DNA of 64,000 nucleotides from Calditrichota bacterium (GCA_013150955.1 JAADJD010000027.1:33522-97521); one strand, 5' to 3'. Shown: positions 1 to 9,988, counted from the first letter of the stretch. Notes: generated by a model from the sequence alone, not told the origin. A program made the numbers and translations.

Positions 1-2
1 TT

Positions 3-272
3 TCCAGCGACCGGTCGGGGGCCATTAGCGGCGAGGAACTGCAGCGCGGCAAGGTCATTGGGAATCTGGAGCGTCTGCTCATCTACCTGCTGATTCAGAT
101 GAACATGCTGGGGTTAATTACCCTGACCGTGGGATTAAAGGCCGTGGCCCGTTTTAAGAAACTGGAAGAAAAAGATTTTGCAGAATATTTTTTGATCGGC
201 ACGTTGTCCAGTCTTTTATTTGCGGTATCGCTGGCACTGGTGATTAAATATCTGGCACGGTTTGTTTCATGA
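3..272 (+). CDS. 3' part of a DUF3307-like membrane protein (truncated by window start)
   Basis: Frame 3 reads ...GKVIGNLERLLIYLL...LKAVARFKKLEEKDFAEYFLIGTLSS...*, matching the IGxLER / KxxARF / EYxLIGTLxS pattern; stop TGA at 270-272 overlaps the next ATG (ATGA). Not in the supplied ORF track. Confidence 0.7.
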   Translation, partial: SSDRSGAISGEELQRGKVIGNLERLLIYLLIQMNMLGLITLTVGLKAVARFKKLEEKDFAEYFLIGTLSSLLFAVSLALVIKYLARFVS

Positions 273-544
273 GATGCGAACTTTGTGAACGCGAGGTTTC
301 CCGGGTTACCATTCATCATTTGATTCCCCGGCAGAAGAACGGTGGAAAAGGCCCCACGGCACGGATCTGTTCGGCCTGCCATCGGCAACTCCATCATATT
401 TTTGAAAACACGACCCTGGCAAGGGAGTTGAATACACTGGAAAAAATCCGTCAGCATCCGGAGATGCAGCGATTTTTAAACTGGGTGCGCAAGCAGGATC
501 CGGATCGGCGGATACGGGTGCGTCGGAAAAAGCCGCGGATGTGA
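269..544 (+). CDS. small HNH endonuclease-like protein (YisB-like)
   Basis: CxxC...HHLIP...CxxCHxxLH zinc/HNH motif in a 91-aa ORF; translationally coupled to the upstream gene. Confidence 0.8.
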   Translation: MRCELCEREVSRVTIHHLIPRQKNGGKGPTARICSACHRQLHHIFENTTLARELNTLEKIRQHPEMQRFLNWVRKQDPDRRIRVRRKKPRM

Positions 545-619
545 TGCCCAACTCCGCACCCATTCGCAAAATAATCGATTGGATGGGTTTTATTGGAAGA
601 CCATCTGACTGGCTAATGG

Positions 620-2344
620 ATGAACAAACGGCGAAGCAAGGAGACGAATGGTATCGTGATACCGCAATGGCGCAGGATTCGGGATTATTTCAGGTCGCTG
701 TTTCCCTCCCGGGAAAAGACTCTGGTTATTCTCTACACCACCGATGTTCATGGATTCATTTACCCTTACGATTACATTCTGGGGCGAGACACCCAGTGGG
801 GACTGGCCCGGGTGGCCACACTGATTGAGGCCTACCGCAAGCGCTACCCGGACGTATTGTTGCTGGATAATGGCGACTTCTTGCAGGGGTCACCCCTGAC
901 CTATTATTACAACTTTTTGCGGAAGCGCGGGAGTCATCCCGTAGCCCGGGTGATGAACGCCCTGAAGTACGATGCGGCTTCCGTTGGGAATCATGACATT
1001 GAACAGGGCCCGCGGGTTTACAACCGGGTCAGGCGTCAATTTCGCTTTCCCTGGTTGTCCGCCAATGCCAAAGTCGGCCGCAAGCGTTCCTATTTTCAGC
1101 CCTACACAATTCGAGAGTTTGGGGATATCCGCATTGCCATTCTGGGGCTGACCACCCCGGCCATTCCGCTGTGGTTAAATCCGGATCTGTATCCCGGGAT
1201 TCACTGGCAGGACATGGTGTCTGCTGCCCGCGGGTGGTTGCCGTATTTAAAGGAAAGCCAGCGGGCCAACGTGGTGATCGGGCTGTTTCATGCCGGCATT
1301 CATCCCAATGCCAACCGGCCGGACTGGCCGGAGGACATTCCCGAGGAAAACCCCTGCCTTCAAATCGCTGAAGAAATGCCCGGCTACGATGTGATTCTGG
1401 CCGCCCATGAGCATCGGTTGTACAATTCCCATCCCCTGGAAGGCGAACCGGACAATCCCCGGCGTCCCCTGGTGATGATGGCCGGCAGTCATGGGCGGCA
1501 CCTGGGGGTCATCTTTTTAAGATTAAAAAAGGAGAAAACCGGCTGGAAGGTGGTGGACAAATGGGGAAAAATCGAAAATGCCCGCCGCGAATCGCCCCAT
1601 CCTGCAATCGTGGACATCATGCGTCCCTACCATCAGCGCATCATGCGCTACATCAACTCCCGCATTGGGTATGCCCGGGATACCATCTCCTCCCGATATT
1701 CTCGCCTGAAGGACGGCGGTTTTGTGGATCTCATCCATCAGACCCAGTTCCGGTTCAGTCAGGCGGACGTTTCGCTGGCGGCCAGTTTCACCACCACCTA
1801 CGTGCTGAAAAAAGGGCCCATTCGCATCCGCGATGTGTACGGCCTCTACAAATATGAGAATTATCTGTATGTGGTTATTTTAACCGGGCAGCAGCTCATC
1901 GATCATCTGGAATGGACAGCGCAATATTTCAACACGGTGGATCCCGAAGATCCGCTGGCGCGTCCCCTGATCAACGCCGATTTTATGGGATTTAATTACG
2001 ACATGGCCGAGGGGATTACCTATGAAATTGACATCACCCGTCCCGTGGGGGAACGCATCCAGAATGTTCGCCTCACCGCGACCGGGGAGCCGCTGGATCG
2101 TCAGCAGTCGTTTCGAGTTGCGGTGAATAGTTACCGGGCGCAGCAATTGCGCAAACGCTTCCGCTGCCCGATCGTCTGGAAATCGAACAAAGAAATCCGG
2201 GATCTTATCGTGGAGTACATTAAGGAAAAACGGGAAATCCGGGACAAAACCACCCACAACTGGAAGCTGGTACCGGAATGGATTGTGGAAAAGTACATCC
2301 GGGAGCGGCTGGAACGGGATTTGTCAGCCATTCGCGATGAGTGA
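620..2344 (+). CDS. 2',3'-cyclic-nucleotide 2'-phosphodiesterase / 5'-nucleotidase family protein (CpdB/UshA-like)
   Basis: Metallophosphoesterase motifs TTDVHG, DNGDFLQG, GNHD, HAG, AHEH plus a C-terminal 5'-nucleotidase domain (LYKYEN, AVNSYRA). Confidence 0.88.
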   Translation: MNKRRSKETNGIVIPQWRRIRDYFRSLFPSREKTLVILYTTDVHGFIYPYDYILGRDTQWGLARVATLIEAYRKRYPDVLLLDNGDFLQGSPLTYYYNFLRKRGSHPVARVMNALKYDAASVGNHDIEQGPRVYNRVRRQFRFPWLSANAKVGRKRSYFQPYTIREFGDIRIAILGLTTPAIPLWLNPDLYPGIHWQDMVSAARGWLPYLKESQRANVVIGLFHAGIHPNANRPDWPEDIPEENPCLQIAEEMPGYDVILAAHEHRLYNSHPLEGEPDNPRRPLVMMAGSHGRHLGVIFLRLKKEKTGWKVVDKWGKIENARRESPHPAIVDIMRPYHQRIMRYINSRIGYARDTISSRYSRLKDGGFVDLIHQTQFRFSQADVSLAASFTTTYVLKKGPIRIRDVYGLYKYENYLYVVILTGQQLIDHLEWTAQYFNTVDPEDPLARPLINADFMGFNYDMAEGITYEIDITRPVGERIQNVRLTATGEPLDRQQSFRVAVNSYRAQQLRKRFRCPIVWKSNKEIRDLIVEYIKEKREIRDKTTHNWKLVPEWIVEKYIRERLERDLSAIRDE

Positions 2345-2493
2345 AGCTACCCGGAATGAGCGGGAAAGAAACAGGGGATGCGATGATCGGCTGGCCTTTC
2401 TGAACGGGAAGCCGTTCTAAATGGCGCAATTTCGATTATTGTTGATTTTACAGGGGATTTTTAGTAAAATCTTTGGCTTTTAGGAGGATTTTT

Positions 2494-2823
2494 ATGACGG
2501 TGACAAAGTCGGAGTTGGTGAATCTTTTATCCGATGCCACCGGTTTAACCAAGGTGGATGTGGAAGTGATTGTGAATGGCCTGTTGTACCACATCATGGA
2601 AGCGCTGCAAAATGGCGATCGGGTGGAGATTCGAGGCTTTGGCAGTTTTTATGCCAAGGAGCGGTTGCCCCGAAAGGTGAAGAATCCTCAAATGGGTCGC
2701 GAAATCGAGGTCGACCATCGATTTGTGCCTGTCTTTAAACCGGCAAAGTTTTTTCGGGAATCGGTAAATAACAGTTTACGCAAAAAATATAACATAGGTG
2801 AATCGACTGATGAAAACCTGTAA
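2494..2823 (+). CDS. HU/IHF family DNA-binding protein
   Basis: MTVTKSELV...GDRVEIRGFGSF...RKVKNPQMG...PVFKP; RBS AGGAGG upstream of ATG 2494. Confidence 0.92.
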   Translation: MTVTKSELVNLLSDATGLTKVDVEVIVNGLLYHIMEALQNGDRVEIRGFGSFYAKERLPRKVKNPQMGREIEVDHRFVPVFKPAKFFRESVNNSLRKKYNIGESTDENL

Positions 2824-3664
2824 CCATTGTGGAAAATCGGTACCTGAAGAGGCAAAATTTTGCCCTTACTGTGGTCAGGCATTGCAGGCCGAGCCGGTGA
2901 TTTGTAAGAATTGTGGAACGGACAATCCTCCGGATGCCCGCTTTTGCCGTTCGTGTGGAACCGCGCTGGCTGCTCCCAAAAAAGCGGTCCGGGAACGTCC
3001 CCGGGAAGAGAAAGCGCCAGCAGCCGAGATGTGGCGTAATCCCTACGTCATTATCATGTTTGTTGCTGTTCTGGCCATGGCGGTGGCCACGGTGTACAAC
3101 TACACCTACATCCGGATCGAACAAAAGAAAATCCGCTCAACTCCCACCGCGGGACAGCCCCACGTGCATGAGGAAACTCCTCAGCAGCCGGCTCAGGCCC
3201 AACCCGCCATGGATCCGGAAGAGCTGGAAGCCCATATTCAAACCATTAAGGAACAGATTGAAAAAGACCCCGATAATGCCGAACTTTACGTGCACATGGG
3301 AAATTTGCTGTTCGATAATCATCGGTTCGAAGAGGCCATTCCCTATTATGAAAAGGCCATTCAGCTGGATCCAACCAATGCCAACGTCATCGTTGATCTG
3401 GGCGTGTCGTACTTCCAGGTGCAGAACTTTGATAAGGCCAAGCAGTTGTTTAATACCGCTCTGGCCATCGATCCCAATCACGTATTTGCGTTATACAATT
3501 TAGGCGTGGTCAATTTACAATTAAAGGATATGAACGGTCTGATGGAGGCCTGGGGGAAGTTGCTGGAAATCGCTCCCAACTCGCCGCAGGCACAGCGGGC
3601 CAATCAAATTCTGGAAGAAATTCATCAAACGGTTAACATGAATACAAATGGAGGGACTGATTAA
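2810..3664 (+). CDS. double zinc-ribbon, single-TM, TPR repeat protein
   Basis: Four CxxC pairs at the N-terminus, one hydrophobic helix (YVIIMFVAVLAMAVATV), then TPR repeats (YEKAIQLDP, ALAIDPNH). Confidence 0.85.
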   Translation: MKTCNHCGKSVPEEAKFCPYCGQALQAEPVICKNCGTDNPPDARFCRSCGTALAAPKKAVRERPREEKAPAAEMWRNPYVIIMFVAVLAMAVATVYNYTYIRIEQKKIRSTPTAGQPHVHEETPQQPAQAQPAMDPEELEAHIQTIKEQIEKDPDNAELYVHMGNLLFDNHRFEEAIPYYEKAIQLDPTNANVIVDLGVSYFQVQNFDKAKQLFNTALAIDPNHVFALYNLGVVNLQLKDMNGLMEAWGKLLEIAPNSPQAQRANQILEEIHQTVNMNTNGGTD

Positions 3665-3759
3665 TGCCGTGTGGTCGTAAACGTAAACGTCATAAAATGG
3701 CAACCCATAAGCGCAAAAAACGTCTGCGCAAGAATCGTCACAAAAAGAAATTACGGTAA
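3664..3759 (+). CDS. 31-aa basic protein of the AURKAIP1/COX24 (DUF1713) family, bS22-type small ribosomal protein
   Basis: MPCGRKRKRHKMATHKRKKRLRKNRHKKKLR*; TAATG stop/start overlap with the TPR gene; below the ORF-track size cutoff. Confidence 0.85.
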   Translation: MPCGRKRKRHKMATHKRKKRLRKNRHKKKLR

Positions 3760-3808
3760 TTCCCAACGGTTGATTGAGAGATTTCCCTGACACCCATTGG
3801 GGGAGGAA

Positions 3809-5011
3809 ATGGAAGAAAAATTCATATACACGGTCAGTCGCCTGACCCGCGAGATCAAAGAACTGCTGGAAATGAGCTTCCCCAGGCTCTGGGTTGAGGG
3901 TGAAATCTCCAATTTTAAACGCCACACATCCGGCCACCTGTATTTTACATTGAAGGATGAACATGCGCAGATTAACTGCGCCATGTGGCGGTTCCGGGCC
4001 AATGGCCTGCTGTTTGAACCCCGCGATGGCATGCAGGTGGTGGTGGAAGGCGAATTGCAGGTGTACGAAAAGGGTGGCTATTACCAGCTGGTTGTGCATC
4101 AAATTCAACCGGCGGGTGTGGGTGCCCTGCAAATGGCCTTCGAGCAGCTGAAGCAAAAGCTGCATCAGGAAGGGCTTTTCGACGAGAAGTACAAAAAACC
4201 CATCCCCGATTTTCCCGAACGCATTGGCGTGGTCACTTCGCCCACAGGCGCTGCCATTCGCGATATTATCAGCGTTATCACCCGGCGCTTTCCCGGGGTT
4301 CAAATCATTCTTTATCCCGTCCGGGTACAGGGAGATGGTGCGGCCGAAGAGATTGCCCGCGCCATTCGGGATTTCAACGAATTTGGCGATGTGGATGTGC
4401 TGATTGTGGGACGGGGCGGTGGGTCGCTGGAGGATTTGTGGGCATTTAACGAGGAAGTGGTGGCTCGCGCCATATTCGAATCGCGCATTCCCATCATTTC
4501 TGCCGTGGGGCATGAAATCGATTTTTCCATCGCCGATTTTGTGGCCGATCGGCGGGCGCCAACCCCTTCTGCAGCGGCGGAAATGGTCGTAAAGGATCGG
4601 GCAGATTTGGTTATGAATATAAAGCAAATTCGTGAAAAAATCACTGTTTCTTTGCTCAAAGAAATTCATGCCTATCGGGAAAAGCTGCAGAGCCTGTTGC
4701 GCAGTTATGCCTTCCGTAAACCGGAAGACATCGTTTATCAAAAAATGCAGCGGGTGGACGAACTTCAGAAAAATATTTTCCTGGCAACCAGCCATATTCT
4801 GGCGTTAAAACGGAATCGGCTGGAGAGCCTTCAATATCAGTTACAGGCGTTGAATCCCACGGCCATTCTCAAGCGGGGTTACAGCATCTGCTACAAGGAT
4901 GGGGAAATTGTAAAGGACGTGTCCCAGGTAAATGTGCTGGACATCGTTCAGGTGCGACTGGCCCGGGGCCAGTTTCTGTCGCAGGTTCAAATGCTGGGTG
5001 AAAGCACATGA
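3809..5011 (+). CDS. xseA: exodeoxyribonuclease VII large subunit
   Basis: WVEGEISNFK..SGHLYFTLKD, RGGGSLEDLWAFNEE, SAVGHEID, RAPTPSAAAE. Confidence 0.97.
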   Translation: MEEKFIYTVSRLTREIKELLEMSFPRLWVEGEISNFKRHTSGHLYFTLKDEHAQINCAMWRFRANGLLFEPRDGMQVVVEGELQVYEKGGYYQLVVHQIQPAGVGALQMAFEQLKQKLHQEGLFDEKYKKPIPDFPERIGVVTSPTGAAIRDIISVITRRFPGVQIILYPVRVQGDGAAEEIARAIRDFNEFGDVDVLIVGRGGGSLEDLWAFNEEVVARAIFESRIPIISAVGHEIDFSIADFVADRRAPTPSAAAEMVVKDRADLVMNIKQIREKITVSLLKEIHAYREKLQSLLRSYAFRKPEDIVYQKMQRVDELQKNIFLATSHILALKRNRLESLQYQLQALNPTAILKRGYSICYKDGEIVKDVSQVNVLDIVQVRLARGQFLSQVQMLGEST

Positions 5012-5250
5012 GTGGATCGAGCAAGATGACATTCGAGAAAGCCCTGAGTCGGCTGGAAGAAATTGCCCGTCAGCTGGAAAGTGGAGACATCCCGCTGGAA
5101 GAATCCCTGAAGATGTACGAAGAGGGCATGAAGCTCATCGAATTTTGTAACGAAAAGTTGAATGAGGCCGAAAAGAAGGTTCAAAAGCTTACCCGAAATC
5201 AGGATGGCGAATTTGTTACCGAACCCCTGGATACCCCACCTGAAGAATGA
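5008..5250 (+). CDS. xseB: exodeoxyribonuclease VII small subunit
   Basis: FEKALSRLEEIARQLESGDIPLEESLKMYEEG; ATGA overlap with xseA. Confidence 0.96.
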   Translation: MSGSSKMTFEKALSRLEEIARQLESGDIPLEESLKMYEEGMKLIEFCNEKLNEAEKKVQKLTRNQDGEFVTEPLDTPPEE

Positions 5251-5273
5251 TTCCGATCCCCATTAGAAATGAT

Positions 5274-5699
5274 CCCGGATAACGCATTAGACCACGAATT
5301 GCACGAATGAAAACGAATAAAAAAATCCCAAATAAAGCGTTAAACCACGAATCACTCGAATGAATTCGAATAAAATCAACAAAATAGCGAATATATCCAG
5401 GAAAACATTTTTATCCAGATAGAATCAAGTGCATTTTATCCCAAATTATGCTTTAAACCACGAATTGCACGAATTAACACAAATAAGAACAATAAAATCC
5501 ATTGATTTAGATCTGTATGAAAATTCGCTCCGAGGTTTGTTCGTGATTTTATTGATATTTTTTGTGTTCATTTGCGTGATTCGCGGTTTAATGCATTATC
5601 TGGGTTTATTATTTTTATTGGTGTTAATTCGTGTGATTCGTAGGCTAATGCATAATCTGGGTTCATTCGCGCGATTTGCGGTTTGATGCATCATCTGTG
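5274..5699. mobile_element. triple-nested MITE-like cluster (outer 5274-5699, middle 5327-5661, inner 5440-5604)
   Basis: Three CCCRRAT left ends and three matching right ends; exact 5-bp duplications ATGAT (outer) and TTTAT (inner). Confidence 0.85.
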
Positions 5700-6125
5700 A
5701 TGATTCGCTTTCTGCTGGTGGATTGGCCGTCTCCGTAAAATCGGTTCGAGATCCCGGTTGGAATGGCATCATGCATTGATGGCGTTCTCGCCAGGTGACC
5801 TTTTCCGCAAACATAGGGTTTGCCGGAAATTTTATTTTTCGTAAAACTTTCTCCTTGTGCCCGACGTAATATTTTCGCATAATTTTTGGGGCTTTTGAAA
5901 GAATCCGGGTGATTGCTTTTATGAAATGGGGGATGGCATTGTTTTTCGAAGGGCCGCTTTACGGTAGTTGAAGGCTGGGCGATTGAAAAGACCCCACAAT
6001 TTCCATAGATTATCCACAGCCCCCGGAAAGAACGTAACGGATTTTCGCCCCTGGCCATTGCCGGAATGCCGTGGCCAGTGGGTGATTGAGTAACACAGTA
6101 CGGATTGAAAAGGTAGAAGAGGCGT

Positions 6126-8348
6126 ATGCGGTATCTACAGTTTCTTTTATGGGTGGTCGTTTTGGGTCTGTTTGCAGACGCGGTAATCGGGCAGCAGTCG
6201 ACGATCATGCGTCTTCATCGCATTGATCAACCCATCAAGCTGGACGGGGTGCTGGATGAACCCGTCTGGGCGGAGATAGAACCCCTCCCTCTGGTCATGT
6301 CATCACCCACTTATGGGGCTCCACCGACTGAGCGGACGGAAATCCGCCTGGCTTATGATGAAAATTATCTCTACGCAGCGGGGGCGTTTTACGACTCGGA
6401 TCCCGGTGGGGTTCGGGCCAATACCCTGACCCGCGATGGGATCAATTTCAGCGATGATCGTTTTGCCATCATTCTGGACACGTTCAACGACAACGAAAAT
6501 GCGCTGGGGTTTGTGATCAATCCTGCCGGCGCTCGTAGCGATTTTGCCGTGTACAACGATGGGGAAAGCAATCGCGGCCCACCCCTGAATCGGAGCTGGG
6601 ATACTTTCTGGGATGCAGCCGTTGTCCGTACGGAAGAGGGCTGGTTTGCGGAGGTGCGCATTCCCTTCTCCAGCCTGCGTTTTCAGGATGATGAGGGCCG
6701 GGTGATTATGGGCGTGATCACCTGGCGAGCCATTGCCCGCAAAAACGAAGTGGTCACCTTTCCCGCCATTCCGTCCAAATGGCGCTGGGGATTGTACAAG
6801 CCATCCATTGCTCAGGATGTCCTCCTGGAAGGTGTTTATTCCCGAAAGCCCCTGTACGTAACTCCCTATTTGTTGGGTGGGGTGCAGCAAACACCATTCG
6901 TCGGAAGCAATGGATTGACCGGACAACTCACCACCGATCCCACCCGGGAAATAGGACTGGATGTGAAGTACAGCATCACCAGCAATTTAACCCTGGACGT
7001 TACCCTGAACACCGATTTTGCGCAGGTGGAATCGGATGATGAGCAGATCAATCTGACCCGATTTTCCCTGTTTTTTCCGGAGAAGCGATTGTTTTTTCAG
7101 GAGCGTGCCAGCATCTTCGAATTTCAAACCGGGCAGCAGTCGCGGGTATTTTACAGTCGCCGCATTGGATTGACCCGCGATGGCCAGCCGCTTCGGATTT
7201 ACGGAGGCGTTCGGTTGATCGGGCGCATCGGCAACTGGGATGTGGGACTGCTGGACATGCAGACGGCCCCCTACGAATCCACACCCTCGGAAAATTTCGG
7301 TGTGCTGCGCCTCCGTCGGCGGGTGATTAATGAGAATTCCTATGTGGGCACCATTTTCACCAGTCGGTTGGGGACGGATGGGCGGTTCAACTACGTGTAC
7401 GGGGTGGATGGGATTATTCGGGTGGTCAATGATGATTACCTGACCATCACCTGGGCCCAGTCCTTTGAAAATGGCCGTTCCCGCTGGGATCCGGGGAGCG
7501 GACGGTTGCGACTGGCCTGGGATAAGCGATCCGATCGGGGGCTGTTTTATCGCGCCCGATTGGGATGGTCTGGTGCGGATTACAATCCCGGCATCGGTTT
7601 TGTCCGCCGAAAAGATTTTACCCGCCTGGTGGGCGCCCTGGGTTATGGATGGTATCCGGGGCGGGAGTCGTTGTTATACAAGATGTCCCTTACCCTGCGT
7701 GCGGCCGCTTTTGTGCGCAACTCCGATCGTTCCATCGAAACCGCAGACGCGGGCCCGGAACTGCGCCTGAATCCCAAAATCGGGGGATTCCTGCGCATCT
7801 ATGCTTCCACCAATTACGAATCCATTCTGGACACCTTCCGCATTGCCAGCGATGCCTGGGTGCCGCCCGGAAATTATCAGTTTTATAAGGTCAGCATGTT
7901 TTTCATTTCCCCGTTTGGGTATTTGATTCGGGCGCGAGTTAATATGGACGCCGGGGAGTTTTATGATGGCTGGCGGGTGACTTTTGGATTGTCGCCCTCC
8001 TGGTCGATTTCCTCTCATCTGGAGGTGGGCGGAGAATATCAGATCAATCGAGTGCGCTTCCCTGGACGCAATCAAAAATTCGATGCAGACATCTTTCGAT
8101 TGCGGTTACGCGGCAACCTGGACACCCGCTTTTCCATGAGCTCGTTTATTCAGTACAATTCAGCCACCCAGAAAATTGGGATTAATGTGCGTTTCCGGTA
8201 TAATCCGCGGGACGGGAACGACCTTTACCTGGTATACAACGAGAACCTGGATGTGAACGGCAGCGATGCCATGCTGGTGGAAAATCGGACGGTTCTGCTA
8301 AAACTGACCTACACCTTTCAGCAACCGTTTCGCATGCCTTTGCTTTAA
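6126..8348 (+). CDS. CBM9-like + DUF5916 outer-membrane/secreted protein
   Basis: Signal peptide, IKLDGVLDEPVW, W.AEVRIPFSSLRF, NTDFAQVESD, FFPEKRLFFQE, FYSRRIG. Confidence 0.88.
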   Translation: MRYLQFLLWVVVLGLFADAVIGQQSTIMRLHRIDQPIKLDGVLDEPVWAEIEPLPLVMSSPTYGAPPTERTEIRLAYDENYLYAAGAFYDSDPGGVRANTLTRDGINFSDDRFAIILDTFNDNENALGFVINPAGARSDFAVYNDGESNRGPPLNRSWDTFWDAAVVRTEEGWFAEVRIPFSSLRFQDDEGRVIMGVITWRAIARKNEVVTFPAIPSKWRWGLYKPSIAQDVLLEGVYSRKPLYVTPYLLGGVQQTPFVGSNGLTGQLTTDPTREIGLDVKYSITSNLTLDVTLNTDFAQVESDDEQINLTRFSLFFPEKRLFFQERASIFEFQTGQQSRVFYSRRIGLTRDGQPLRIYGGVRLIGRIGNWDVGLLDMQTAPYESTPSENFGVLRLRRRVINENSYVGTIFTSRLGTDGRFNYVYGVDGIIRVVNDDYLTITWAQSFENGRSRWDPGSGRLRLAWDKRSDRGLFYRARLGWSGADYNPGIGFVRRKDFTRLVGALGYGWYPGRESLLYKMSLTLRAAAFVRNSDRSIETADAGPELRLNPKIGGFLRIYASTNYESILDTFRIASDAWVPPGNYQFYKVSMFFISPFGYLIRARVNMDAGEFYDGWRVTFGLSPSWSISSHLEVGGEYQINRVRFPGRNQKFDADIFRLRLRGNLDTRFSMSSFIQYNSATQKIGINVRFRYNPRDGNDLYLVYNENLDVNGSDAMLVENRTVLLKLTYTFQQPFRMPLL

Positions 8349-8433
8349 TCAGACGAAAAGGCCTGCGGTAGGAAATGGGGAGTGTGAAAAATTTGTGATC
8401 CATCCGGGGAAAATTCGAGGGCGAATTTAAAAA

Positions 8434-8688
8434 CCCGGATGATGCAATATCCTACGAATGACACGAATTCACCCAAATGATGCTTTAGACCACAAATTGC
8501 ACGAATTAACGCTAATAAAATTAATCCCAGATTAAGCAATAGCCTACGAATGACACGAATTAACACAAATAAAACTCATAAAATACATTGGATTGTGTCT
8601 GGATGAAATGTGTTCCAGGGTTTATTCGCGATTTTATTGATATTTATGGGTTCGTTCGCATGATTTGCGGTTTCATGCATCATCCGGG
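8434..8688. mobile_element. MITE-like cluster: three stacked left ends (8434, 8472, 8526) and one right end
   Basis: CCCGGAT/CCCAAAT/CCCAGAT ends each followed by ACGAAT repeats; single right end ATCCGGG at 8688. Confidence 0.8.
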
Positions 8689-8782
8689 ATAAACGGTTTT
8701 GATTTTGTTTCACCTGGCCCCGGTCTTTTATCTCCAATGATTTACTCTTTATTCGCGGAATATGGGGTAACCCCATTTGAAT

Positions 8783-9913
8783 TCATGAACGGAATGTTTT
8801 CAGAACCGTCTCCAGGGCGCTGGCACAGTAGAGCACGTTTTTGGGATTGCTTCCGTAACCCATGAGGCCAATACGCCAGATCTTTCCGGCCATCGGGCCC
8901 AGTCCCGCCCCGATTTCCAGACGGAATTCCTCCAGAAGCCGCTGACGTACCTGGGCATCGTCCACCCCGTCGGGAATCTGAACCGCATTTAGCTGGGGAA
9001 TCCGTTCCGCTTCGGGGACAAAAAATTCCAGTCCAATGGCTTCCAGTGCGGTTTTCAGCCGGAGGTGATTTTCCCGATGCCGTTGCCAGGCATTTTCCAG
9101 TCCTTCTTCCTTTAACATCACCAGAGCCTCGTGCAGGCCATACAGGTTGTTAATTGGCGCGGTGTGATGGTATGCCCGACGTTGTTGCCCGCCCCAGTAC
9201 TGCATGACCAGATTGACATCCAGAAACCAGCTCTGAACCGGCGTCTTACGATTTTGGATGTGTGCCACTGCCCGCTCATTAAAGGTGATGGGTGCCAGTC
9301 CCGGTGGAGCCGACAGGCATTTCTGGCTGCCGGAATAGACCACATCCAGTTCCCATTCATCCACCTTAAGGGGACATCCGCCCAGGGAGGTTACCGCATC
9401 GACGATCACCAGGCAGTCGTGTTGATGGGCGATGGCCGCCAGCGTGCGGGCGTCAGATAGAGCGCCGGTGGAGGTTTCCGCGTGAACGAATGTCACCACC
9501 CGTGCTTCGGGGTGGGCCTTTAAAGCGGCTTCCAGTTTTTCCGGTTCAATGGCCCGACCCCAGGGCGCTTCCACCACAACGGGCTGTCCACCACACCGTT
9601 CGACCATGGCCTGCATGCGACCACCAAATACTCCGTTCACGCACACAATAACCGTATCGCCCGGCTCTACCATGTTCACGATGGCGGTTTCCATGCCGGC
9701 AGATCCTGGCGCCGATACCACGAAAGTCATGTCGTTGCGGGTTTGAAAAGCGTACTGCAGCAATTGTTTTACCTGATCCATCATGCGGATAAATTCCGGA
9801 TCCAGATGGCCGATGGTGGGGCGGCTCATGGCCTCCAGCACACGTGGGCTGATGTCTGAGGGCCCTGGCCCCATTAAGATGCGCTGCGGGGGATGAAACG
9901 AAGTGATTTCCAT
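8783..9913 (-). CDS. alanine-glyoxylate / serine-pyruvate aminotransferase (class V PLP)
   Basis: LMGPGPS, VHAETSTG, DAVTSLGG, SGSQKCLSAPPG (PLP lysine), YHHTAP, WRIGLMG. Confidence 0.93.
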   Translation of the reverse strand: MEITSFHPPQRILMGPGPSDISPRVLEAMSRPTIGHLDPEFIRMMDQVKQLLQYAFQTRNDMTFVVSAPGSAGMETAIVNMVEPGDTVIVCVNGVFGGRMQAMVERCGGQPVVVEAPWGRAIEPEKLEAALKAHPEARVVTFVHAETSTGALSDARTLAAIAHQHDCLVIVDAVTSLGGCPLKVDEWELDVVYSGSQKCLSAPPGLAPITFNERAVAHIQNRKTPVQSWFLDVNLVMQYWGGQQRRAYHHTAPINNLYGLHEALVMLKEEGLENAWQRHRENHLRLKTALEAIGLEFFVPEAERIPQLNAVQIPDGVDDAQVRQRLLEEFRLEIGAGLGPMAGKIWRIGLMGYGSNPKNVLYCASALETVLKTFRS

Positions 9914-9988
9914 GAGATCCTCCTGATGGTCATTCTCTGCAATTTTTAACCCGGATTAGATATTCGTAACCGTTTCATTCGTATTAAA

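Noticed and set aside
5429-5686. Short ORFs within AT-rich repeats (also 8345-8566, 10272-10664, 30057-30299, 39235-39489)
   Set aside because: They lie in MITE copies, with frames and starts not conserved between copies.
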